Counted from the whole stretch's first letter, positions 38,900 through 52,135 are shown. The stretch: DNA of 62,966 nucleotides, filler included, from Intoshia linei (GCA_001642005.1; 7 parts of 7 records of this genome joined end to end with filler, not necessarily neighbours in it), one strand, 5' to 3'. Program-made: numbers and translations. Notes: generated by a model from the letters alone, not told the origin.

Positions 38900-39330
38900 G
38901 TTTAAAAAGTAAATCATAAATATTATCATAAATTTAAATTTAAAAAAATTATATCTTCAGGGGCAAAACCCAAAATTACCTTTTTTCTTTAATGAAAACA
39001 GCCCTAAAATTTAAAAAAATTACAGGTGTTACAGTTGTATCTTGTTAACACACACAAAAAATTTCAATCCGAATAAGTGACGACTTCACGGTCAAAAAAG
39101 CATTTTAGTATTCATATATTTTTTTTGAAATATTTTATCAAAACAAAAAATGTAAAATAATTAACGGTTTGAAAATTACAAAAAAAAAANTAATGAACAG
39201 TCCCAAAATTAAAAAAAAAAATTATTCTGATAGAGCTTATTTCATTTGATATAAATACAAAATTTCAACCGCAGAAATCTACGCATTCCCGGTGAAAAAT
39301 AATTTTTAATATATTATCAACTAATATTTT
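38900..39330 (+). mobile_element. Helitron-like family, internal fragment
   Basis: Matches 22980-23330 (atcttcaggggcaaaaccc...agaaatctacgcattcccggtgaaaaat). Confidence 0.75.
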
Positions 39331-40428
39331 TTCCCTTAAGGCACAAAAAAATACACATTTTTAAATTGGGACCTGTACACTAATTGAACTAGGAACCACT
39401 GCATTAAAACAATAAAAAAATGAAAATATTTTGATTTCATTCCTTTTAACCTATATTTGCAGGTCATTTCATTTCATATAATTCATAATCAATCATTATT
39501 ATCATCATGAATCACGAAGAAAATAAAATGTTCTACAATCTAAAGCTTTTAATTTGAACAGAAAAAGCTTTAGTATAATTATGATGCTAGTCATTTTAAT
39601 TTTTTCCGATAACGAGGAATTCCGTTAAATATGAACCATTTTCTCTGTAAATTAACTACGGCAGAAGAAGCTGTATTAGCTGCTACAATTTTAAATTCTA
39701 GTATTATTATAGAGTAGTTGATTTTTTAATTTTTCAAAATAATGGGTATTTTGGAGTTTTGACCTTTAAGACATAAATTTCATATAATACAATTTATGAA
39801 ACTGCTTCAGTCTTGAAAACTGACTGGAAATTGTTATTTTTAAAATTTTACGACTCTTGCTTTTCTCATTTTTCCCTAAAAAAATTAATTAGGATTCTGA
39901 ACATCAAGATGCAAATTTCAAATGTAAAGTGACTTTTTTACCTGCTGAACTAATAAAAATGAACTTGGAATTTGTGTTTTTTAAATATATGGGACAGTTA
40001 ATTCAGAAAAACCAAATGTAAGATTAAAATTCTGAGTGGTAGTCTGTTTCTCTGTAACGCTAGATTATCTTAATACAATTTCAACGAAACCACACTCAAA
40101 AATTTAAGGAAAACGCTAACATACTTAAAAAATTTTTAAAGTTGTTTTTATTAAGTAACAAGTTCCTACACTTTTTTCACAGCGGACCGGTAATAAATTA
40201 TAAAATTTATCACGGACTATTAAAGCGAAGTTGCTATGAAATCATAAAAACACTTGATCAAAAGGTAATGAATTGACATTAAAATTAATAAACTACAAAA
40301 TTAAAAATTTTTTTAATATATATATTTTNNNNNNNNNNNNNNNNNNNNNNNNNNNNNNNNNNNNNNNNNNNNTTAATTAATTAANNNNNNNNNNNNNNNN
40401 NNNNNNNNNNNNNNNNNNNNNNNNNNNN

Positions 40429-41066
40429 TGGCCAATATTTCATTCTCACTAGAAAATTCTGAATCAGAATTAAAAGAGCATTAATTATGAGTGATTGTTG
40501 ATCGCTGCTTTTCAATTTCAGCTCTTTTTAAACAATCTTCCTTTCTCATTCTTGAACGATTTTCTACTCTAGCGACTTTATCATATGATAAACTCATGAA
40601 ACCAACATGATTTTGGGGCTGAATTAAGAGAAACTGCAAATCTTTTTTATAAGAAATCATATTCACTGCACCAAAATGGGCAATATCAAACAGTTTATCC
40701 AACTTTAATTTAATACAATTTTCTTCCTGCTACTTTTTCTTAGTGTCCAAGTCTTTAAATTGTTTCAATTTGTTGTATGTAAGAACTATACGCTTTAGTT
40801 TACTGATAGCATTACTTTTTGACATGGTAGGAATCCTAGCATTATTATATATGGAAATAACTGCCTCAACAACAATACTGATACCTTGATGATCTCTGAT
40901 TCTTGATCATATGTTCATATGAGTACATGCATATAACCTGCTTTATTGTTGGTAATTTATGTTCTGGGAGTTTTTCAATTGCTGATCCCACTGGCCACAT
41001 CTCTCTTGTACTTCTAGAAATTTTAGAAGGTAACTTTTCTTTTCCAGATGGATTATTGTTTGACAT
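40429..41066 (-). pseudogene. DNA-transposase N-terminal remnant (possibly hATm-like), frameshifted
   Basis: KLPTIKQVI..H, ARIPT..KLK and LDKLFDIAH motifs across two or three frames; cut by gap. Superfamily uncertain. Confidence 0.55.
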
Positions 41067-41519
41067 CTTTTGTGATATAAAAATACTTTAAATAGTTTTG
41101 TATGATGTTTCTTACCTTTAACAGTCAAATAAAGTTAAAATAAACTTAATTAAATTTAGGAAAGCTGAAGATGACATCAAAAAAAAAAAAAATTCTGGTG
41201 AAATCTAATACATAATCGAACCATATAAGCAACAATCCTAAGAAATTTGAGACAATAGTGCTTTTTTGGGCCATTCTACTGACCCAGTGTTGGCGCAGGG
41301 AATATTACTTTTACTATATATTATCTCATACTTTTAGGCTTAATCTAATCCACCGTTTTATTATTAATCATTTATAGGTTTTTGGATTATTGAGGTTCCC
41401 GAAAATTTTTTTAATTAAATGGATCGCGCAGTAACATAAATTCACAAATTTGAAAAATCCTCTAGAACGCCTTAAATAATTAAATTTATATTATCACACT
41501 AATTTATTATGTATTATAG

Positions 41520-41624
41520 CAAAAAGTTGTAGATTCTGACAAAAATAATAGTATAGAAACTGAAAGAAAACCAACGATTAGTTTAAATTTGAATCCAAAA
41601 AAAGAAAAAAAATGTTGTCATTAA
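41520..41624 (+). CDS. Rab-type terminal exon with CC prenylation motif, located upstream of the Rab start
   Basis: Branch-like CACTAAT, then TATAG| QKVVDSDKNNSIETERKPTISLNLNPKKEKKCCH*, phase 0. Confidence 0.7.
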   Translation, partial: QKVVDSDKNNSIETERKPTISLNLNPKKEKKCCH

Positions 41625-42193
41625 ATTTTAAAATATTTATACAATTGCAATGATTGCATACGTAATATTCAATACGCATAATCAATTAATGTACTTATAT
41701 GAAAGTTGCATATAATCCAATTTATAATAATAAAAGTACTAGTATAATCTAGAAATGGTTTTTAATCGATACCAACCTAAATAATCTATTTTAAAAAATT
41801 GCAGTTAAAACGACCAGTTAAATATTATCAGCGTGTATAAAACTAAATATTGATTAAAATTAATAAAAAACCATTACATTTATAAATTCCGAATAAATAT
41901 CTATCTAGCAACCGTTAAATTAATTCAACTGGTTTCTATTGTACATTTAAGTACACCAATTCAAATAATTTACTGCTAGGTTGTTGAAAAATCTATCTCA
42001 CCGAAGAATCAAGACTGATAAGTGAAAATTTAATGATAAAATGGGATCTGGGATTTACATTTCAGCCATAAAGCCTAAAAAACATTTACATCTAATTATC
42101 AATGTATACTATACATTTTAAACATTAGTAAATAACATTTAGTATAAAACAAATTTTATTATAGTTAAATATTAACATAAACAATATAGTTCA

Positions 42194-45100
42194 ATGTCAA
42201 AGAAAAAAGCAATAAAAGTGTTATTAATTGGAGATGCTTCCGTTGGTAAAACTTGTATTTTTAAATCATTTTCTAAAAAACCATACAATGATCAGACTAC
42301 AACAACCGTAGGTAAAAAAATTGTATGTAATTTTAGTTTTTAAATTATAAATAGGCGTCGATTTTGTCTTTGAAGACGTTGAGGTTGATGGAGAAACTAT
42401 CAAACTGCAATTGTGGTGAATTACATTTTTAATAGTATTTGAGTTTAATTTAAGATAATTTTAACAATTAAAACTGAGATAGTAGGAAAAGACAAACAAA
42501 CCACAAATTTGTTGGAATGTTTTATGAATAAACTCTTAAATAGATAGTCAGTTAATAATTAATAACTACCAGTAGACTAATGCGACAACATGGAAATTTT
42601 GAGCATTGTTGTTTATCTTTAAATACAGAAAAATTGACAGAAAATCTATTTTCCAGTTTTCGCTAGTTATTTTTTTATGAAAGCCAATTTTTAATATTAT
42701 TCAATTTAATTCAAAACCTTGCTGACCTTATAGCATTAAATTTAACCTATAAAAAATTCCCAAAAACATTGCAATTTATCATTATAAATTAAAATTAGCG
42801 TGGCATTAACATTTAAAACTCAAAATAAAATAGGGACACTGCTGGTCATGAAAGATTTGATACTATTACAACATCATACTATCGAGGTGCACACGGAATA
42901 ATACTATGTTCGAGTTGTGATAATTTAAAATCATTTCAAAGCATAGATAAATGGATTAGAAAAGTTAATGAAGTAATTTTTATCATTTTTATGTGTCATT
43001 TAAGAAATTTTATAATTTACATTTATTGTGTTAACTAAAATCAACATGTTTTATTCATTTTTTAACACAAATTCTTGTTTTTTTATCGGCGGTAAAATTG
43101 TATCACTTACCCAATTATTTTTTAAAAATGTCACTATGGAGCTACTTTTTCCATAAATCCATATTAGGGGACCTTGTTACAAAATGTAAACATTTGTAAT
43201 GAATAAAATTACAATTGAGAGGAATAAAGTCTTTATTCGTTGCAATGTAATAGAAATGGCGCTAATAAAATGTAGAGATTTAAGGGGAATTTTATTAAGT
43301 AATTTGCTGCTGTTATTAATGAATTGTTCTATTTTGTAATTTTTAATTAAAACCATTTGATCGGAGCATATTCTGCAAAACTTTATTTTATCCCTTTGTT
43401 CGTTATTGCACAATTTGTTTAGTTTAAATAACATTATTTTTTTAAATGATTTAGTCATTTCCTTTTTATTTTATGCTGTTTTGTCAAATGCGCGAATTAT
43501 CTATTTTTTACATTAGGGTTTTTATAATTTGATTAGCATAATTTATTTAGAAACTATATATTTATCTTACTAATTAGAATGAGCAAAAAGCAATAATATT
43601 TCTTGTTCAAACAAAATGTGATATTCTTGAAGGTGACCGAGAAGTATCCGAATCAGACTTTAAATTTGTAATTATTTTATATTGTATAATTTATACTGTT
43701 ATTTATATAAAGGATAATAAATTAAATTTTGTAAATATAAATTTGGTAGGGTTTTTTTATCCTTTTTTAAATATTTTGAAGATAATTTTTGGATTAAAAT
43801 TTTGTAGGGATTATAAGGGAATCTTCAAAATCTTAAACCCTTGATGAAACAAAAATGTTAATTGTGGGTGTAAAGATTTATATATGGTTACTAATATACG
43901 AATTTATAATAATAAAATAAAATGACTTTATTATTCAGATTATTATTTAATCTTCATTAACCCTTTCACTGTCTGTGTATTCTATACTATACACAGCAAT
44001 TTCACTTCACATGTCTGTGTATTCTATGATATACACAGCATAATTTTGAAAAACTTTATTCTTATATTTTCAAACATTTTCACAAAGATAATTTAAAAAT
44101 AATACAAGTTTAAATTAAAACACAATACATTAATACATCGTGATTTTAAAAACTATATTAGAATTTATGTTTTTTAAAATTCTATGGATCTTTTCATTTT
44201 TAAAAAAAGGTTATTTCTGGTTTTGACCGTGAAGGTGCCAATTTCCAAGTTTTAATTTATATTTCTTTCTGCAGTGAAATAAGTGACTTATAATTTTTTT
44301 GCAATATGTTGGAATATTTAGAATAATCGATTTTTTAAATAAATGGTTATACACAGATATAAACTTATTTTCATTAACTTTTACTTTACAGATAAGGATA
44401 TTATTTATCGATACTTTTATCCTGCCTTATTATCCTTACTTAGATTATATGATACGCAATATTTGTGTGTGTGTTACCATTTATTTCAATAACTACTAGT
44501 CTTAGAATTTTATAAAGTCCAAGTAAAAAAAGTCAAATCTTAAAAATTATCATAAATAGCATAAATTCCAGAAAAAATAAAATTATAAAAACCTATTTTG
44601 TTATTTTGAGTGTGATGATATATATTCAGTACCAATTTAATAAATATTTAATTTAATTGTAATATTTTAAAAATATTGATTGATAATATATTAAAAATTA
44701 ATTTTCACCGGGAATGCGTAGATTTCTGAGGTTGAAATTTTTATTTACATCAACTGGAATAATCTCTATCAGAATAAATGTTATTTTTTAATTTTCAAAC
44801 CGTTAATTATTTCACATTTTTTGTTTTAATTAAATATTTTGGAAAAAAAATATATGAATACTAAAATGCATTTTTGACAGTGAAGACGTCACTTATTCAG
44901 ATTGAAATTTTTTGTATGTGTTAAAAGGATAAAACTGTACCACCTGTAAATTTTTTTAAATTCTAGGGCTGTTTTCATTAAAAAAAGGTAATTTGGGGTT
45001 TTGGCCCTGAAGATACAACGTATATATATAGCTGTATATTGTTTTTAAATTTAAATTTATGATAATAATTATGATTTTAAAATCCGTATCAGAGTATATA

Positions 45101-46180
45101 TTATTTTCAATTCTTGAACTCGTTTGATTTTCAAAAAAATATACAATTTGGCTTTTTCACACTTAAGATGTCAGTTTGGGAGGTTGAAATTTATTAACAA
45201 ACGAATATTACAAAGCATATTATATAAGTAAGGATATTGTAATTATTATATTGCCTGTTATATTTTGAAATATACAGTATCTACAAATTTATTTTGTTAT
45301 ACAGTTTTGCTTCCACGAGTGTCCCTTTTATACATGTTCATATTTTTCGAGGTCCTAGGAATGGCCACTGGAAACAAATTATTTGTCATATTGTTTAAAT
45401 TGTTACCAAAATTAAAATTTTGTTAGTTATTTTGTAATCATTTATTTAAAAAAGAAAGAAAACTAATATTTTAAAAAAAACAAAAATTCTGTGAGATTTT
45501 TTTATATCATATGCGTTATCGCGAATTTCAAACTTATAAACTAACATCATACTGACCAAAACCCATTTTAATATATATATACAGTGGTTGTCGATTTAAA
45601 CCACAGCTTTCTGAAAAATAGCGTGCTTTAAATCGAATGTGTGCTTTAAATTTAATGTTTTCCAGATTTTCTAGAAATAATGTATATGAAAAATAGAACT
45701 TGCAATAAATGCTGTGGTTTAAAATAAAGATGTTATTTATTTTTAACTTTATAAAATTATTTAAATTTGAGAATTCACATTTAAATAGGAAATAGAGTAC
45801 CCGCAATATAAGAAATGTATCCATTTAGTATTTAATGTTGAAATTAATATTTTTTTCTTTTTAAATCTACCAAAAACAAAAAAGTGTGCTTTACATTTTT
45901 CAGGAATGTGTGCTTTAAATCGACAACCACTGTATATATATTTTATTGACATTATTATAATAAATTATTATATTAATAAATTATTGATAATAAATAGAAC
46001 AGTTTGTATATAATATATATTATATATATTGTATACTATATGTACATGTAAATTAAATTGAAAAAATCTTGAATATAGGAAGCCAACAAAAATAACTTTG
46101 AATATTTTTATGTGAGTGCGAAAACAAATACCAATATCGATGAAATGTTTGCCAAAATTTGTGAAACTGTTGCGAAAAAT
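42194..46180 (+). CDS. Divergent Rab GTPase; exons 42194-42311, 42355-42415, 42834-42972, 43578-43667, 46079-46180; last exon not found downstream
   Basis: [54 protein letters not shown]; all junctions GT-AG and in frame. Confidence 0.9.
43961..44045 (+). mobile_element. piggyBac-like terminus (solo end)
   Basis: TTAA|CCCTTTCACTG followed by two copies of the palindromic unit CTGTGTAT-N7-ATACACAG. Confidence 0.55.
44433..45234. mobile_element. Two Helitron-like pieces in opposite orientation (5' ends outward) in a Rab intron
   Basis: A|TCCTTACTTAG..GTCTTAGAATTTTATAAAGTCC on + (44433-44520) abuts a minus-strand copy ending ATTATATAAGTAAGGA|T (45234). Confidence 0.7.
45582..45932. mobile_element. 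Tc1/mariner-type MITE in a (TA)n site
   Basis: Perfect 19-bp TIR CAGTGGTTGTCGATTTAAA with TA on both sides; internal GTGCTTTA repeats. Confidence 0.88.
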
Positions 46181-48090
46181 GTAAGTTTGTTTATAATTTT
46201 TTTAGCAATTATGTTCTCTTTATTGAATCATTAATAACACTAGACAACAAAAATGAACTTTTTGGTTTACTTATGGGTTCTGACTATTTCAGTTAAAAGT
46301 GTGACGTCTCCGGAGCAGAACGACATTATTCACAATATTTGGTTGGATCGTTAACGTGTAGTAATTAACTAATTAATATGTTTATTTTTAATGGAAACAA
46401 TAAACACAATTATTTAAATCGGCTATTTTTGTGCTTATAGTTTATGTTTTCTAAAAAAATTAATTATGTTATTAAACTTTGTGTACTTAGTGTGAATAAA
46501 AAGAAATTTGATTTTAAAATTAATTAATTAAATAATTTTTTTTTTAATTATTAGACAAATATTATATTTTTGCTTNNNNNNNNNNNNNNNNNNNNNNNNN
46601 NNNNNNNNNNNNNNNNNNNTTAATTAATTAANNNNNNNNNNNNNNNNNNNNNNNNNNNNNNNNNNNNNNNNNNNNAAATAGAAAATCTTTGCAAAAAACA
46701 CCAAACTCAAAAATCACATTAATTCATTTGACAAATCAAATATATATGCATAAACAAATCTGTTAGGACACTACTATGGAAATATTTGTTACAAATTATG
46801 GTAGTGCGTAGAAATTTCTTAAGGATAAAAGTGGGGAATGACACTTAAAAGGTTGGGAAACACTGCAATAGACTAAGAATGTGCTAAAAACCGACTAAAA
46901 ATACAGTCAATTTCTGATTGCTCTAATTTGGATATAATATTTGACGTTTTATCGTTATCGTTATTTATTAATCTTTTATCGTAATATAACACTCAAAAAA
47001 TTATCTTAATAAAAAATATCTTATATGCTACTAACGCTTGTTAAATATATAATGGCGAAAAAATTTTTATAATCTATGGTGTCATTTCTGAGATATAGAA
47101 CTTTTAATTATAATTAATATATACAATGTTGCTATACAAAATTTATATTTCAATTTACTAAACATGCCTCATTTTTGCGAAAAATTGATCAAATTTTGTT
47201 TTATCTGTTGAGCGTACATTTTGAAGAGTAAAAAAAATATTCAATACATTCTCCTAAATTTAACCAGAAATTGGTATTATTGTATGAACAAATTGTGACA
47301 TCAAGTGAATTCCACAATTTTGTTGTGGAACATGTCACACTGATATCAGTAATATGATACAACAATATGACAGTACAAAATCATGGGTAAAGCCCATTGT
47401 AGATACAATGTCATTTTTGTAAACCAAAGCCTAATTTATTTTCAAAAAAAAGTAAAAACATTAAACCTACAAAAAATTTAAATATCACTCCTGTATCCAT
47501 CAATGAATCTATCATCTCTGGATAGCATTGACTTTATATCTCACCCTCCTTTTCATATTCACAGCCACAAAAAATTGTAAAAGTAATTGTAAAATAAACT
47601 TTTATTTTGATTTTGTATCCATGATACCAATTTTGACAAATTAATAAATTATTATTTAAAACAAAACTACGCGATAGAAACTACTCAAATCTTGTTACCA
47701 TAAGTGGAAGGATACGCTTATCAAAACAACATAAAGTTTTCCAAGATAGTCAATAAAAAACTTTGTTTTTTGATAAATTAATGTCATTTTTTTTAAATCG
47801 AAGTTATATATTATAAACCATAGTTTGAATAGATGCCTCAAAATATTTCAAGTTAAATTGTATTTTTGTTAGTTAAAAATAAATAAAACATACAGAAAAT
47901 CAAATTTAAATGTTTTCAAAACAATATTGTTGCGTAATTATTTCGGTAACTACGCGATATATGTCTCTGTAATTTTCAGATTACAGGTTAACGACCAACC
48001 CCTTCACTTTCTTAATAAAATTTACGAGATAGATTTTGAAAAGTTCAAAAATGTTGCACTGTGTAATTTCTCGTTGAATTTAATTTAAGA

Positions 48091-48230
48091 ATGGCAATAC
48101 GTGAAAAATATAAAAAAAGTACGGTCGAAATGAGAACATTGATATTGGATACATACGACAATAACGGGGACTGCAAGGCTATATCCACTGTTTCTAGAAT
48201 AAACCATAGAACTGCACGTGATTGGATATA
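48091..48230 (+). pseudogene. Possible IS630/Tc1-type transposase HTH remnant
   Basis: MAIREKYKK..RTLILDTYDNNGDCKAISTVSRINHRTARDWI* resembles the N-terminal HTH of such transposases. Confidence 0.35.
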
Positions 48231-49617
48231 GCAAAGAAAATATTCACTAGGTTTTAAGGGTGGAGTTACATATTAAGAAAACCTCCGAAATCATTGAGTG
48301 GTTGTTATCATAATTAGCAAAAATTAAAAATTTAATTTTTCTCTCTAATACTCGTCAATTCTGTATTTCGCCATATGATTATTACCGTAATATAGGAATA
48401 TTAACTTTTTATTCTATAACTCGCCATTCATTTAAAATATTAAAGTTTTAAAACCATTTCTCAAATTTAGTGACCCTTTTTATGTACGTAAGTTTTAAAA
48501 CACTTTGAAATTTAAAATGCTTCTAAATCTCTAAAGAAAACTAAAAGTTTAATAAAGACAATGGATAATACTTTTAATAATGCGAAATTGAAATGTAAAT
48601 GGTATACAAAATCATTTTTTTTCTGTGTAGCCATAAAACTGTAATGCACGACTTTATCCGTTCCAGCCCCATAAAATTTCCAAAAAAACTACTAAAATTC
48701 ACACCCCAGTGTTCACCCTGCTATATATAATATTACTGTAAAAATGTACAGCAAAATACATCATTGGTGGTACCACCTCTACTCATACGTCATATCAAAC
48801 TTTAATTTTTTGTTCACAACTGTATAGCCCTTATAAACCATTCCGTAGTCTTGACTATACAGTTTAAATTTGACTCAAAAAATATCATAACATTCTAAAA
48901 TATATATTTAATTTTTAACCGTTCCCAGGGCTCAACGAAATTTTATGAACATTATTAATGTAAATATTTTTCGTATTTCTGAATTGAGCATTACAAAAAA
49001 TTACATAAATTTTTATATTATGGCGGTTTTTAGAGTCAAATGTAAAGTCAAGTCCAGGTCCGTAAGGAGGTGGCTAGGCGTTATTTGGCATTACGCATTA
49101 TTTGAGAACATTTAAAGGAGTTTATTTTTATTTTCTGGTCTAAATCATGGTCGGTTTGGAATCCCAACTTTGGATCTTGAATATATTTCGTGTATAATTT
49201 ATTGTTATTATTTAGTTTAATATGACGTTTAAACTAATTTATTTATATGTGTATCTAAGTTTTGGTATAAATTTGGTAGTTGAAATGATTGTCAAAATAA
49301 ATTCAATAAAAAGAAAACAATAATAGTAAACATTCTGAAACGCTAGTATATCGACACCGTAGAAATTGGATCAATGTAATTGCTACTTAAATATAATTAA
49401 GACGGCAATACCCAAATCAAACATTATGTATAATTGAAAAATATGATATAAATAAGGAGTATCATAGAAATTAAAATAATAAATGCGATATTGTTCTTAG
49501 TTAGCATATTAGTATTCCAAGATTATACAAATACATTGTATTGTATTAAATAAAATTAATGTATAAATAAAATGAATTAACTATTTTGTCAATAATGAAC
49601 AAACCGTTTTTTGGTAT

Positions 49618-50457
49618 TTATTTATAAAATTTTAACCTAACGTTAGTGAAGATAAATTTTAAAAAAATAATCTTATCCGATTTACTGATTTTGTTCACTA
49701 TTAAAATATAATAATACAAAAAATAATAATGACCCGTAGTGATATAAATTGCAGGAATTCCAATTGTACGCCTTAAATGTTTGATAACTGGTAAATATTG
49801 ATAGACATACTCCGACATGATTTCATCCAGTCTAATGTAATATGAAGATTTTTGGAATTCAATAATAGTTTTTGCTGTTCTAAGAATGGCATTTTCAACG
49901 TATATGTAGACAATGTCCATATTAAACCCTGTATTTTTTAGATACTTGATAAATTCTTTGGTAGTATCTAATGTTCGTTGAGTTGATGAACTAGAAAGAG
50001 ATATAAAAGGACACTCGTATTGAAATTCTCTACATTTTTCCTTCAATTTATGAAAAAATAAGGGATGAGCACTGAAAATAGAATTGAATATACTTTTCAA
50101 GTTGTCTTTGCCAATTTGATTAAGATGTTCTGGGTTTTTGAATATTTTTCTAGGGTCGTAATCAGTTAATGGGCCAGTTTTATTAAAGAGATGAATTATA
50201 TCCATAAATTTACTTATTGGGTCAATAAAGATTTTAGCCGGTTCACGTATTCCATGTCGCATGAAAATGTCCATGGCTATTGTAACATTATCGTTTTCAT
50301 ACAACATGTCCATTTTTGGTGTGTAAACTTTTTGAGAATATAATAACTTTGGTGGCGTTTGACGTAATAAGGGTTGTATCTTGGGAATCAATCTCAGTTG
50401 TGATATGCATTGGGTGACACACACGATGCTATATAGAAATATTAAATACTTTGTCAT
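49618..50457 (-). CDS. Secreted histidine acid phosphatase (branch 2, MINPP1/acid phosphatase-like), N-terminal half
   Basis: Signal-like MTKYLIFLYSIVCVTQCISQ; catalytic motif RHGIREP; GKDNL and SSSTQRTLDT motifs. Probable donor near 49733; the HD-containing half was not located. Confidence 0.7.
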   Translation of the reverse strand: MTKYLIFLYSIVCVTQCISQLRLIPKIQPLLRQTPPKLLYSQKVYTPKMDMLYENDNVTIAMDIFMRHGIREPAKIFIDPISKFMDIIHLFNKTGPLTDYDPRKIFKNPEHLNQIGKDNLKSIFNSIFSAHPLFFHKLKEKCREFQYECPFISLSSSSTQRTLDTTKEFIKYLKNTGFNMDIVYIYVENAILRTAKTIIEFQKSSYYIRLDEIMSEYVYQYLPVIKHLRRTIGIPAIYITTGHYYFLYYYILIVNKISKSDKIIFLKFIFTNVRLKFYK

Positions 50458-50799
50458 TGAAATTCGTAATTTACTGCAATTGAATACAAAAAATCTAATC
50501 AAATATATATTTTCTGTTTTAATTACATTGAATAGTCCAAAGCATATTATACAAATAGTTTTTGTGAATCATATAAATACATGTATGGTGGTAAATAAAT
50601 TAATATTAGAGTTATCCTTATATAAAATTGAATATCTGTATGTATGTAACCATTTATTGAAAAAATTAAATCGCAGGATTTAAAAAACCCAATTTCTAAT
50701 ACAGTTTTTCCTAGAGCGTGTTTTTATCTATTTTTCAGTTCAGAATTTGAGACTTCATAGTCAAACAACTGAAAAATTTACTACAAAACATAATTTTTG

Positions 50800-51097
50800 T
50801 ACAGTTAATTATTTCACATTTTTTGTTTTAATGAAATATTTTAAATTTATATTTATAATTTTAAAATCCGTATCAGAGTGTATATTTAGATTCTGTAATT
50901 CGTTTGATTTTCAAAAAAATGATTAATTGGGCATTTTGACCGTAAGATGTAAGTTTGGTAGATTGAAATTTATTTTTCTTTCACCCCTGAAAAAATCTGT
51001 AATAGAAATGTGGACTTTATAAAATTCTAAGACTGGTAGTTATTGAAATATACGATAACACAGAAACTGACAAACAAAGCATATTATATAAGTAAGG
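50800..51097 (-). mobile_element. Helitron-like family, 5' fragment
   Basis: Ends aagcatattatataagtaagg; matches 4060-4313. Confidence 0.7.
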
Positions 51098-52135
51098 TAT
51101 TGTACCAGATACAGATTACATTCTGACCATTATATGTATAATTAATTTCTTCTTTTCTCCAAATACACTAGTAATTGTGTATTTAACGGTATTGAATATT
51201 TTTTTGATATCAATAATGTGAATACGACAATCTTTGATAAGAAATTGTATTTCTTGTAAAAATATTTATATTTTAGAATGCATTTTGTTCATGAAGTGAA
51301 TTTCTTAACGTAAAAAGAAATCATAAATCATTTTGAAAGAGTAAGGGGTAATTAAAGAGTGCAGTTGTAAATGGAAAATGTGAATTTATGATGTTGCAAA
51401 AAATTTAATTTTTATTCAAACAAATTTCAGAAATATAAAAATATTGATTCAACATGCCAGTGGACAAAGAAATTTTAAGTAATGGTTAAATTTTATAAAA
51501 ATTTCCTCGAGTTCACCGAAAAGGGTTTTGAAGTACGGTATGTTCGTTCTGAGTTACAGGTGCGAATATAAAAAATACCCACATTTTCGTTAAATTTCAA
51601 ACATGCATTTTGAAGATCAATTACAATGTAAGGATAAAGACAAATTCTCATGGTACGGCCTAATTAATTATATTATTGGAATGTGGCATTGTGTGAAATG
51701 GATTCCTACTAGAACCACCAGAATTTGACAATATTTTGTCATATTCATGACCCTAGTTCCCACCCTGTATTAAATAGTACGCACGAATATCATCGGCAAA
51801 AATCTGAACAATTATAGAATAAACGGAGAAGGAATAAATCAAGTGTAGGTATATAAGCCGATAGCGAAGTATTTAAGATTGTAATTTTGACCTCAAATCA
51901 GTAGCCGCAAAATAATGTCTAAATAGGGAATTAGATTAATTTCATCAAGAGGAATATCAATTAAGTCAATAGGATGAAGTTTTAACGTAATCTTGTATAT
52001 TATTAGCTCAGTCGTAGTTACCAACCTACAGTACAATTATCAGCTTTAGTGAATAATTTCATAAAAACCAAGAAAATCTTGTAATAAATTACCTTAGAAA
52101 CAGATATGAATAACCAAATTTTTAATAAATACAAT

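Noticed and set aside
45534-45952. ORFs 45534-45824 and 45761-45952
   Set aside because: They lie over an AT-rich MITE and have no coding signature.
46181-46235. Alternative Rab ends: read-through hydrophobic tail VSLFIIFLAIMFSLLNH*, or a 25-nt intron giving QLCSLY*
   Set aside because: Strong GTAAGT donor argues against read-through and T-rich introns look hydrophobic by default. 25 nt is below the other introns seen and CSLY is not a Rab motif.
51270-52010. Slightly GC-richer stretch with exon-like pieces (e.g. MVKFYKNFLEFTEKGFEVRYVRSELQ) and an RQILM|GT match to the missing PKA exon
   Set aside because: No consistent spliced frame could be built; in-frame stops lie directly before RQILM.
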